Positions 48,981 through 57,586 of a stretch of DNA of 64,000 nt are shown here, one piece after another. Position numbers and translations under genes: made by a program. The stretch comes from Vicinamibacteria bacterium (lineage in GTDB: Bacteria > Acidobacteriota > Vicinamibacteria > Marinacidobacterales > Marinacidobacteraceae), in the NCBI GenBank assembly GCA_965199715.1, contig OZ241322.1, forward strand, positions 640,001 to 704,000. Direction: 5' to 3'. Under the pieces are notes generated by a model that made no database searches, had not been told where the DNA came from, and saw nothing but the letters and a program-made list of their open reading frames with translations. Positions within the stretch are counted from its first letter, which is position 1, and each line of letters starts with the position of its first letter.

Positions 48981-49414
48981 GGTTGTATCTTGCGAACGCC
49001 AACACCGATTCGCAGAACATGCTTGTTACCGGAGTGGTCGATGGCAACTACAAGTACTACGTGGATGGCCGCTTCGGCTACATCGGGTTGCCGCCTTCTG
49101 GAAGCATGAGCGTCGTCCTCAACGCCTACTGCGTGGACTTCGAGCGCGACCACCCAAGCAGCGACGACTCTTGAACGTCAGGCGGGTACCAAGCGGGATC
49201 CAGAGCACGGTAGCCAATCTCCTCGCGTACGAACGCACAGCCGATGATCCATCAGTGACTGCCGCCCAAGTGGCCCTATGGTTGGCGCAAGGCGTCGCCG
49301 CACGAGACATAAGAGAGAGATTCCGGTTCAACGCAGACGACGAGCGTGAGGCGCGGAGAATCATCGATGGGGCTTACGTCCAAGAGAACTGATACGGCCT
49401 TGGTCGCACGGGAC

Positions 49415-50473
49415 TCAGCCGCCGAGGCGGCCGAGGATGTTGTCGGCGACCTCGGCGGTTCCGGCTGAGCCCCCGAGATCGCGCGTCAGGACCTCCCCCC
49501 GAAGGCACGCCGAGACCGCGTCGCGCAGCGCCGCCGCTTCCTCCTCGAGGCCGAAGCTCAGCTCCAGCATCATCGCGGAGGAGGAGATCGCGGCGAGCGG
49601 GTTCGCGGCGCCCTGGCCGGCGATGTCCGGGGCGGACCCGTGGACCGGCTCGTACAGGCCGGCGCCGTCGCCGACGCTCGCCGACGGGAGCAGCCCGAGC
49701 GAGCCGGCCAGCACCGAGGCCTCGTCGCTCAGGATGTCGCCGAACATGTTCCCGGTGAGGATCACGTCGAACTGGCGGGGGTCGCGGACAATCTCCATGG
49801 CCGCCCGGTCCACGTACATGTGATCCAGCGCGACTCCGGGGAACTCCCCGGCGACCCGCGCGACGGTCTCCCGCCACAGCGCCGAAGACTCGAGCACGTT
49901 GGCCTTGTCCACGGAGAGCACCTGCTTGCGCCGCCGTTCCGCCGCCCGGAACGCCACCCGGGCGATGCGTTCGATCTCGCGCGTCTCGTAGCGCAGCGTG
50001 TTCACGCCGACCCGATTCGGACCGGTTCCGGTGATCCCCCGGGGCTCGCCGTAGTAGATGCCCCCGGTCAGCTCCCGGACGATGAGCAGGTCCGCGCCCT
50101 CGATGGCCTCCGGCCGGAAGGGAGAACTGTCAAGCACTCGCTCGACCCGGACCGGGCGGAGGTTCGCGTACGCCCCGAGCATCCGGCGCAGTTCGAGGAG
50201 CGCCCGTTCGGGCCGCTCGGCCTGCGGCAGATGGTCGTGGCGCGGATCGCCGACCGCCCCGAGGAAGATGGCGCGGGCGCCGGCGCAAGCCTCGCGGGTC
50301 GCGTCGGGGAACCCGGTCCCGTATCGGTCCCACGCCTCCCCGGCGAACGGGAACCGTCGGATTTCCAGTTGGTGGCCAAAGCGCTCGGCGACCCGCTCGA
50401 GCGCGAGAACCGCCTGGTCCACGACCTCCGGCCCGATTCCGTCGCCGGGCAAGCACGTCACCGGTATGCGCAT
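49415..50473 (-). CDS. leuB: 3-isopropylmalate dehydrogenase
   Basis: GDGIGPEV, ANLRP, RELTGGIYYG, VDKANVL, NMFGDILSDEA, EPVHGSAPDIAG. Confidence 0.94.
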   Translation of the reverse strand: MRIPVTCLPGDGIGPEVVDQAVLALERVAERFGHQLEIRRFPFAGEAWDRYGTGFPDATREACAGARAIFLGAVGDPRHDHLPQAERPERALLELRRMLGAYANLRPVRVERVLDSSPFRPEAIEGADLLIVRELTGGIYYGEPRGITGTGPNRVGVNTLRYETREIERIARVAFRAAERRRKQVLSVDKANVLESSALWRETVARVAGEFPGVALDHMYVDRAAMEIVRDPRQFDVILTGNMFGDILSDEASVLAGSLGLLPSASVGDGAGLYEPVHGSAPDIAGQGAANPLAAISSSAMMLELSFGLEEEAAALRDAVSACLRGEVLTRDLGGSAGTAEVADNILGRLGG

Positions 50474-50526
50474 GGGCGCCGATAGTAAGGCGCGATTCGG
50501 CGGTTCCGCCCCTAGACTCTCGCCCC

Positions 50527-51177
50527 ATGGCGGAGCCGGGACCAAGACTGGGCGGGGCGCTGCGCCGCTACCTGCTCCGGGGGCTCCTGATCTGGATCCC
50601 GCTCGCGGCGGTGGTCCTCGCGGGGCGGATCGTCTATTCCATCCTCGTCTCGTGGCTGCTGCCGACCTACGGTTGGGAGACTCGCCTCCTCGCCATCGCG
50701 CTCACCCTCGCGGTCCTCGTCGCCACCGGCTGGACGGTCTCCCACCTCGGCGTCGCCCGGTATTTCTTTCGGGTGCTGGTGGATCAGCCGCTAAGCCGCA
50801 TCCCCGGCGTGCGCTGGGTCTATTCGGGGGTCCGCAGCCTCCTCGACGCGCTGCTCGCCCCGGGCAACGCGCTCGGCGCCGTGGTGCTCGTCGAGTACCC
50901 GCGGCGCGGCGTCTATTCCATCGCCTTCCGCATGTCGGGGAACCTCGGCGAGGTCCAGCACCGGGTGCAGGCCCGGGTGGGCCAGGCCGACGACGGCGAG
51001 GAGCGCGAGGTGATCGCGCTGTTCGTCCCGACCACGCCGAACCCCACGTCGGGAGTCGTCATCACCACGCCGCGGGACGAGGTCATCGAGCTCGACATGA
51101 ACCGGGAGCAGGCGCTCCAGCTCATCATCTCGCTCGGAGTCGTGGTCCCCGAGTGGAAGGCCGGGAAGGACTCCTAG
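50527..51177 (+). CDS. DUF502 family membrane protein
   Basis: RIP.VR.VY, VLVEYPR.G, FVPTTPNPTSG, IISLG. Confidence 0.85.
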   Translation: MAEPGPRLGGALRRYLLRGLLIWIPLAAVVLAGRIVYSILVSWLLPTYGWETRLLAIALTLAVLVATGWTVSHLGVARYFFRVLVDQPLSRIPGVRWVYSGVRSLLDALLAPGNALGAVVLVEYPRRGVYSIAFRMSGNLGEVQHRVQARVGQADDGEEREVIALFVPTTPNPTSGVVITTPRDEVIELDMNREQALQLIISLGVVVPEWKAGKDS

Positions 51178-52532
51178 ACGACTCCCTGGTCCATCATCGA
51201 GTCGGCGACCTTTAGGAACCCGGCGATGTTGGCGCCGACGACGTAGTTCCCCGGCGAGCCGAAGCGCTCCGCCGCCCCGAGGCAGGCGAGGTGGATCTCC
51301 ACCATGATGTCCCGCAGGCGGTGGTCCACGACCTCCCGGGTCCACTGGATCACCGTCGCGTTCTGGGCCATTTCGAGGCCTGAGACCGCGACTCCGCCGG
51401 CGTTGGCCGCCTTGCCGGGCCCGAAGAGGATTCCGGCCTCGGTGAACTGGCGCACGGCGTCCGGGACCGACGGCATGTTGGCCCCCTCGGAGACGACGAA
51501 GCAGCCGTGCTTCAGCAGGTTCGCCGCGTCGCCGGCGGAGATCTCGTTCTGCGTCGCGCTCGGGAACGCGCAGGGGGCGGGAATCGCCCACATCGCGTTG
51601 TCCGCGCCGCCGCGGTCGGCGGCGTGGAAGCTGGCGCGGGGGAACTGCGCCGCGTACTCGGCGATGCGTCCGCGCCGCTCGTTCTTGAGCTCCATCACCC
51701 AGGCGAGCTTCTCCTCGTCGATCCCGTCGGGGTCGTGGACGAAGCCTCCCGAGTCCGACATGGTGAGCGGGCGGGCGCCCAGTTCGAGCAGTTTCTCCAC
51801 GGTGAACTGCGCCACGTTGCCGCTGCCGGACACGAGCGCGGTCTTCCCCTCGAGCGAGTCGTTGCGGGTCGAGAGCATCTCGGCGGCGAAGTACACCGCC
51901 CCGTAACCGGTGGCCTCGGGCCGGATCCGCGAGCCGCCCCATCCGATCGCCTTGCCGGTGAGAACCCCCGCGAACCGGTTCGAGATCCGCTTGTACTGCC
52001 CGAAGAGGAATCCGATCTCGCGGCCGCCCACGCCGATGTCGCCCGCGGGCACGTCGGTCTGGGCGCCGATGTGCCGGTAGAGCTCGGTCATGAACGACTG
52101 GCAAAAGCGCATCACCTCGGCGTCGCTCTTGCCCTTCGGATCGAAGTCGGAGCCGCCCTTCCCGCCGCCTAGTGGGAGCGTGGTGAGGGCGTTCTTGAAC
52201 ACCTGCTCGAAGGCGAGGAACTTGAGGATGCCGACGTACACCGACGGGTGGAACCGCAATCCGCCCTTGTAGGGGCCGATCGCGCTGCTCATCTCGATCC
52301 GGAACCCCCGGTTCACCTCCACCTTGCCTCGGTCGTTCGTCCACGGCACCCGGAACGTGATCGTTCGCTCGGGCTCGACGAGCCGGTCGAGGACGCGCGC
52401 CTGGCGGTACTCCGGGTGGCGCTCGATGACGCCTTCCACCGAAGCGAGCACCTCGTGGACCGCTTGGTGGAACTCCGGCTCGCCCGGATTCCGCGCGACG
52501 ACTGCGTTCATGACGGAGTCGATGTACTTCAT
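51174..52532 (-). CDS. gdhA: NADP-specific glutamate dehydrogenase
   Basis: EFHQAV, GPYKGGLRFHP, GGGKGGSDF, DVPAGDIGVG, RPEATGYG, GSGNVA, KAANAGGVAVS. Confidence 0.96.
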   Translation of the reverse strand: MKYIDSVMNAVVARNPGEPEFHQAVHEVLASVEGVIERHPEYRQARVLDRLVEPERTITFRVPWTNDRGKVEVNRGFRIEMSSAIGPYKGGLRFHPSVYVGILKFLAFEQVFKNALTTLPLGGGKGGSDFDPKGKSDAEVMRFCQSFMTELYRHIGAQTDVPAGDIGVGGREIGFLFGQYKRISNRFAGVLTGKAIGWGGSRIRPEATGYGAVYFAAEMLSTRNDSLEGKTALVSGSGNVAQFTVEKLLELGARPLTMSDSGGFVHDPDGIDEEKLAWVMELKNERRGRIAEYAAQFPRASFHAADRGGADNAMWAIPAPCAFPSATQNEISAGDAANLLKHGCFVVSEGANMPSVPDAVRQFTEAGILFGPGKAANAGGVAVSGLEMAQNATVIQWTREVVDHRLRDIMVEIHLACLGAAERFGSPGNYVVGANIAGFLKVADSMMDQGVV

Positions 52533-52598
52533 GGCGCGGGATTGTAGGGGGGGCCGGCGGAAACGGCGCCCCAGCGCGCGAGTGGCATGCTCCGCTCC

Positions 52599-55523
52599 AT
52601 GCCCGTACCGGGGACGCTCTCGCCGGCCTTCGCCGACCTGCTCGGATTCCGGGTCCGGGAAGTGCTGCTCGTCCTGAACGAGTACGACGCCTTCATCCTC
52701 GCCGAGGACAGCCAGGTGAACGAGCGGGCGCCCGCCGACGCTCCGCCGCTGGAACTCCGGTTGACTCCGAGCGTGACGCAGGTGACGAGCGGGGGCGAGG
52801 CCCTGGAGCGGCTCGCCCGCCATCCCAACCGGTACGAGCTGGTGATCGCGTCCCCCCATCTCGGCGACATGGGTATCGGCGCCTTCGCCGCCCGGCTCCG
52901 GGAGCAGGGGCGCGCCACCCCGATCACGCCGCTGGGCTACGACGCCGGCGCCGTCCGGGAAGTGATGCGCCGCCATCCGTCGGCGGATTTCGAGACCCCC
53001 TTCGTCTGGCAGGGAGACGTGGGCGTCTTCCTCGCCATCGTCCGCCAGGTCGAAGACCGGCGGAACGCGCCGCACGACACGGGGGTCGGCGGCGTGCCCG
53101 CGATCCTCCTCGTCGAGGACAGCATCCGGTACTACTCGTCGTTCCTTCCGCAGGTCTATCAGGCGGTGGTCGAGCAGGTCGAACGGCTGGTTCGGGAGAG
53201 CGTCAGCCAGACCGAGCGGATCCACCGCATCCGCTCGCGGCCGAAGATCCTTCTCTCGAGCGACTACGAGTCCGCGTGGGAGTCGTTCATCCGATGGCCG
53301 GACGAGGTGCTCGGCGTCATCTCCGACGTGGAGTTCCCCCGCGCCGGCGTCCCCGATCCCCGGGCCGGCGAGCGATTCGTCCGCGCCGTGAAGGACGCCC
53401 GACCGGACATTCCGGTGATCCTCCACTCGCAGCGGCCGGAGAACCGGGCGGTCGCGAGCGGCGCGGGGGCCGACTTTCTCCTGAAGGGCTCGCCGAACCT
53501 CCTGCGCCAGGTGCGGGACCTGATCCGCTCGCGCTTCCACTTCGGCGACTTCGCGTTCCGGCTGCCCGACGGGACCGAGGTCGGCCGGGCCGCCGACCTC
53601 GACTCGTTCGAGCGCGAGATCGCCCGGGTCCCGCGGGAATCGGTGCTGCACCACGCCTGGAACAACGAGATCTCGCACTGGCTCATGGCGCGCGGCGAGC
53701 TGGAGCTGGCCCGGCTTCTGCGCGCCGTGCGCGTCCAGGACTACGGACCCGGCGAGCACATCGGCGCGGACGTGGCGCGGCGCCTCCGCCGACGGCGGCG
53801 CGAACGCACCCTGCGGGTGGTGGCGGACTTTCCTGCCGAGCGCTTCGAGGCGACCGAGGCCTTCTACCGGATCGGCGGCGGCTCGGTCGGCGGCAAGGGG
53901 CGCGGCCTCGCCTTCACGAATTCCCTGCTTGAGCGTTCGCGGATCGCCGAGCGCTTCCCCGAAACCCGCATTGCGGTGCCCCAAGCGGTGGTGCTTGCGA
54001 CTGGAGTCTTCGAGCAGTTCGTCGAGGAGAACGACCTGCTGGACTTCGCGCTTCACGCCGATGACGCGGACGAGCTGCTCCGGCGGTTCGACGCCGGCCG
54101 GTTCCCCGAATCGGCCAGCGCGGATCTGGCCCGGTACGCCGAGCGGGTCCGGTACCCGATCGCCGTGCGCTCCTCGAGCCTGCTCGAGGACTCGCCCTTC
54201 CAGCCGTTCGCCGGCGTGTACGAGACGTTCCTGCTGGCGAACCGTCCGCAGACCGCCCGGGGCCGGCTCCAGGCGCTGACGCGGGCGATCAAGCGGGTGT
54301 ACGCCTCGCTGTTCGCGCCCCGGGTGAAGCGCTTCGTCGCCCGCACGCCGTACCGGCTGGAGGAAGAGCGGATGGCGGTCATCCTTCAGCGGATCGTAGG
54401 ACGGGCGCACGGCGACCGCTTCTACCCCGACGTGGCCGGGACCGCCCGCTCGCGCAACGCCTGGCCGATCGCCCCGCTCCGAGCGGACGACGGGATCGCC
54501 GCCGTGGCGCTCGGGCTCGGCGAACACGTCACCGGCGGCGGCCCGAGCGTGGCGTTCGCGCCGCGGCGCCCCGAGGTCGCGCTCCGGTCCGGGAGGCCCG
54601 AGTCGTACGGCCAGACCGATTTCCTGGCGCTCGACCTCGCCCGCAGCCGGCTCGCGATGGCCCGCGAACCGCTGGCCCGCGCCGAGGCCGACGGCGTGCT
54701 GGGACGTCTCGCCTCCACGTGGTCGCCCGAAGACGACGCGCTCCGCATGGGAACCTCGAGGCCCGGACGCCGCCTCGTGACCCTCGCGCCGCTGCTCGAC
54801 GCGCCCGACGAGTTTCCGCTCGCGGCCATCCTCGGCGACCTGCTGGACCTTGGGGTCGAGGCCTGCCGGGGCGCGGTCGAACTGGAGTTCGCCGCGAACC
54901 TGGGGACCCCGCCGGAGTTCGGGTTCGTGCAGTTGCGCCGGCTCGAGACGGCCGCGTTCGGGAACGGGGCGGCGGAGCTGGAGCCGCCGCCCCCCGAGGC
55001 GATCCTCTGCCGCAGTCCCCGGGCGCTCGGGCGCGGACGGATCGAGGGTCTTGCGGTCATCATCGTCGTGGACCGCGACTCGTTCGACCGCGCCCGAAGC
55101 CGCGAGACCGCCGCCGAGATCGCCCGGCTGAACGCCCGGCTCGCGCGGGACGGCGAGGGCTACCTGCTGATCGGGGTCGGCCGCTGGGGGTCAAGCGACC
55201 CGTGGCTCGGGATCCCGGTTTCGTGGGACGAGGTCAGCGGCGCCCGCGTCATCGTGGAGGCCGGATTGCGGGATCTTCCGGTGGAGCCCTCGCAGGGAGC
55301 CCACTTTTTCGACAACCTCGTCTCGCATGGCGTGGGCTACTTCACCGTGAATCCGGAACTCGGCGACGGCGAGCTGGACTGGGACTGGATCGCCGCGCAG
55401 GAAGGCGAGGAGCGTCCGGGGGCCGTCCGGCTGCTGCGGCTTGCAAGCCCGCTCGAGGCGCGGCTCCCCGGCGGCGACGGGGACGGCTTCATCCTGAAGC
55501 CCGGCTACCAGAACACGACGTAG
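52599..55523 (+). CDS. Receiver-like domains fused to a PEP-synthase/PPDK N-terminal ATP-grasp domain
   Basis: ILLVEDS and GVISDV (receiver-like); GGKGRGL, AVRSSSLLED, FAGVY; C-terminal GRWGSSDPWLGIPV, SQGAHFF. Alternative ATG at 52587. Confidence 0.78.
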   Translation: MPVPGTLSPAFADLLGFRVREVLLVLNEYDAFILAEDSQVNERAPADAPPLELRLTPSVTQVTSGGEALERLARHPNRYELVIASPHLGDMGIGAFAARLREQGRATPITPLGYDAGAVREVMRRHPSADFETPFVWQGDVGVFLAIVRQVEDRRNAPHDTGVGGVPAILLVEDSIRYYSSFLPQVYQAVVEQVERLVRESVSQTERIHRIRSRPKILLSSDYESAWESFIRWPDEVLGVISDVEFPRAGVPDPRAGERFVRAVKDARPDIPVILHSQRPENRAVASGAGADFLLKGSPNLLRQVRDLIRSRFHFGDFAFRLPDGTEVGRAADLDSFEREIARVPRESVLHHAWNNEISHWLMARGELELARLLRAVRVQDYGPGEHIGADVARRLRRRRRERTLRVVADFPAERFEATEAFYRIGGGSVGGKGRGLAFTNSLLERSRIAERFPETRIAVPQAVVLATGVFEQFVEENDLLDFALHADDADELLRRFDAGRFPESASADLARYAERVRYPIAVRSSSLLEDSPFQPFAGVYETFLLANRPQTARGRLQALTRAIKRVYASLFAPRVKRFVARTPYRLEEERMAVILQRIVGRAHGDRFYPDVAGTARSRNAWPIAPLRADDGIAAVALGLGEHVTGGGPSVAFAPRRPEVALRSGRPESYGQTDFLALDLARSRLAMAREPLARAEADGVLGRLASTWSPEDDALRMGTSRPGRRLVTLAPLLDAPDEFPLAAILGDLLDLGVEACRGAVELEFAANLGTPPEFGFVQLRRLETAAFGNGAAELEPPPPEAILCRSPRALGRGRIEGLAVIIVVDRDSFDRARSRETAAEIARLNARLARDGEGYLLIGVGRWGSSDPWLGIPVSWDEVSGARVIVEAGLRDLPVEPSQGAHFFDNLVSHGVGYFTVNPELGDGELDWDWIAAQEGEERPGAVRLLRLASPLEARLPGGDGDGFILKPGYQNTT

Positions 55524-57106
55524 ATCGAGGCGATCGTCAGCAGCACCAGGCCGCCCTTCCAGTACACGCCGGGCAACGGGGTCAGGTCCACGCCTTCGGG
55601 CGGCTTCGGCTCGGGGCGGGGCCGGACCTCCGGCTTCCGCCACGCCGCCAGCGCGAGCCCGCCCACCAGCAGCAGGAAGCTGATCCCCATGTGGTGGAGG
55701 AAGGCCGTCTCCGGCCAACCGAGGCGGAGCGCCCCGTAGATGGGGATGCCCGTCACGAGCGCCCAGCGAGCGGCGAACGCGGGGACCCGGGTCGTGAGCA
55801 CGCCGGCGAAGAAGACCGCGACGACGCCCGGAGTCACGAAGCCCCACACCGTCTGGATGTAGCGGAACACGCCGGGGAAGCCGCCGATGAGCGGCGCCCA
55901 CAGACACGACGCGACGACGAAGGCGACCGACGCGCGGCGCGCCACGCCGACCGGGCCCCTACGGCTGCGGGGGAAGACGCGGCGGTGCAGATCCAGGGCG
56001 TACATCGTCGAGGCTGAGTTCAACATCGAGTTGAACGAGCTCATGATCGCCCCGGCGAGCGCCGCGAGGAGCACTCCGCGCAGCGCCGGCGGGAGGAGCT
56101 CGCGCACGAGCACCGGATACGCCTGGTCGGGGTGGGCGATCTGGTCGCCGTAGAGCTGCGCCGCGAGGATACCGGGGAGGCAGATCAGAAACGGGACGAC
56201 GATCTTGAGCCACGCCCCGAAGATCACCCCGCGCTGGCCCTCGGCGAGGCTGCGCGCCGCGAGCGTGCGCTGGACGACGAACTGGTTCACCCCCCAGTAG
56301 AAGAACTGCGCGATCCAGAGCCCGCCGACGAACACCGCCGTCCACGGGACTTCGGGGTGGTCGGCGGGCAGCGCGGTGTGGAGCCGGTCGCGGTTCGCCT
56401 CGAGGAAACGCGCCGCGCCCTCGAGAACTCCCTGCCCGCCGCTCACCGCGTCGAGCCCGATCCACAGCACCATGACCCCGCCCAGCAGGATCACGACTCC
56501 CTGGATGAAGTCGGACCAGACCACCGCCCGCAGGCCGCCGTAGATCGTGTAGGCGCTCGCGAAGAGGCCGATGCCCCATACGCCGAACAGCGTGGCGGCG
56601 AGTTCCCCGCCCTCGGGGGACAGCCCGAGGAAGCCCGACGCGGCCTCGGGAACGAGGAAGATCGCGTTCAGCGCCACCGCCCCGGCGTAGAGCACGGTCG
56701 CCATCGCCACGAAGACGGTGGCGAGGGTCAGGAGCGCGGCGAGGATCGTCCGGGCGCCCCGGTCGTAGCGCCGCTCGAGGAACTCGGGCATCGTGTAGAT
56801 GCCGCTGCGCAGGTAGCGGGGCAGCAGGAACCAGCCGATGACGATGAGCGCGGCCGCGGCGGTCCACTCGTAGCTCGCGATCGCGAGGCCCACGTCGGTC
56901 GCGGCGGCGCCCGACATGCCGACGAAGTGCTCGGTCGAGATGTTCGTCGCCACGAGCGACATCCCGATCGCCCACCCGCCCACGTTGCGCCCGGCGAGGA
57001 AGTAGTGGTTCGCGTCCCGCTTGCCCCTCGCAGCGCGCAGCGAGATGAACATCACCGCGCCGAGGAACAGGACGAACGTCGCAAGGTCGGTGAGCGACAG
57101 CGGCAT
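55505..57106 (-). CDS. Sodium:sugar symporter (SGLT-like)
   Basis: YFLAGR, NISTEHFVGMSG, YEW, TMPEFLE.RY, YTIYGGLRAVVWSD, NQFVVQRTLAA. Confidence 0.9.
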   Translation of the reverse strand: MPLSLTDLATFVLFLGAVMFISLRAARGKRDANHYFLAGRNVGGWAIGMSLVATNISTEHFVGMSGAAATDVGLAIASYEWTAAAALIVIGWFLLPRYLRSGIYTMPEFLERRYDRGARTILAALLTLATVFVAMATVLYAGAVALNAIFLVPEAASGFLGLSPEGGELAATLFGVWGIGLFASAYTIYGGLRAVVWSDFIQGVVILLGGVMVLWIGLDAVSGGQGVLEGAARFLEANRDRLHTALPADHPEVPWTAVFVGGLWIAQFFYWGVNQFVVQRTLAARSLAEGQRGVIFGAWLKIVVPFLICLPGILAAQLYGDQIAHPDQAYPVLVRELLPPALRGVLLAALAGAIMSSFNSMLNSASTMYALDLHRRVFPRSRRGPVGVARRASVAFVVASCLWAPLIGGFPGVFRYIQTVWGFVTPGVVAVFFAGVLTTRVPAFAARWALVTGIPIYGALRLGWPETAFLHHMGISFLLLVGGLALAAWRKPEVRPRPEPKPPEGVDLTPLPGVYWKGGLVLLTIASIYVVFW

Positions 57107-57139
57107 GGGGGCAGGATTGTGCGCTATAACTCCGGCGAG

Positions 57140-57397
57140 ATGGCTCGCATCGGCTGGCTGGCGAGCCTTCTCGTTCCGCTGGTTCTGCTCGCGGGCGCCG
57201 AGTCGGCTCTGCCCCACGAGGACCACGCCGGCTCCGAGTGCGCCGGCTGCCACGCGGCTGACGCTCCGGCGACGCTCGCAGCCCGCTCCGGACTTCCGGC
57301 GCCGCCCGCGGCCGTCGCAGCCGGCCCGGTTCACGCGGAACCGCCGCATCCGGCGCGCCGCGCGCTCCTCCGGCCCGCCCGCGCTCCGCCGGCGTAA
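57140..57397 (+). CDS. 85-aa leader peptide (signal/TM, HEDH, CxxC, C-terminal RAPP), DUF2946/CutF/CruR-like
   Basis: MARIGWLASLLVPLVLLAG...HEDHAGSECAGCH...ARAPPA*; TATAAC 9 nt upstream; lies directly before a TonB receptor. Confidence 0.75.
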   Translation: MARIGWLASLLVPLVLLAGAESALPHEDHAGSECAGCHAADAPATLAARSGLPAPPAAVAAGPVHAEPPHPARRALLRPARAPPA

Positions 57398-57399
57398 CT

Positions 57400-57446
57400 C
57401 CGAACTCCCGCCGCGCCCGTTCGCTTCACGGCGGACGGGGGTTCGG
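57400..57446 (+). promoter_or_regulatory. GC-rich stem-loop immediately after the leader-peptide stop
   Basis: CCGAACTCCCG (57400-57410) pairs with CGGGGGTTCGG (57436-57446), with one G:U pair; no U-tract follows. Confidence 0.55.
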
Positions 57447-57586
57447 CGCGCGCCCGGTCGTCCGGACCCGGCGCGTCCCCGGGAGGGACCGCCGTCGTTC
57501 CCCGAGCCCTCGGGAGCCGGCCGCCTCCCCACGTCAGGCGCGGCGCCCCTGCCGCAATTTCCTCAAGGGGGCCAGGAGCGCCAAGC

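Larger units (their letters stand above)
47526..49392 (+). pseudogene. Exported/lipoprotein gene disrupted by IS5 and two frameshifts (thioester-domain-like motifs)
   Basis: Removing the IS and one target copy restores ...RLEHGLYLANAN... in frame. Further frameshifts near 47697-47701 and 49171. Composition is visibly less GC-rich than the flanks. Confidence 0.7.

Noticed and set aside
52533-54527. Apparent large N-terminal extension of GdhA (1117-aa ORF)
   Set aside because: The extension is antisense to the PPDK-like gene; GDH homology starts at ATG 52532, which has its own -10 box.
57400-57446. Intrinsic terminator or known riboswitch before the TonB receptor
   Set aside because: No U-tract, and no cobalamin or TPP consensus was recognised; treated as part of the leader-peptide structure.
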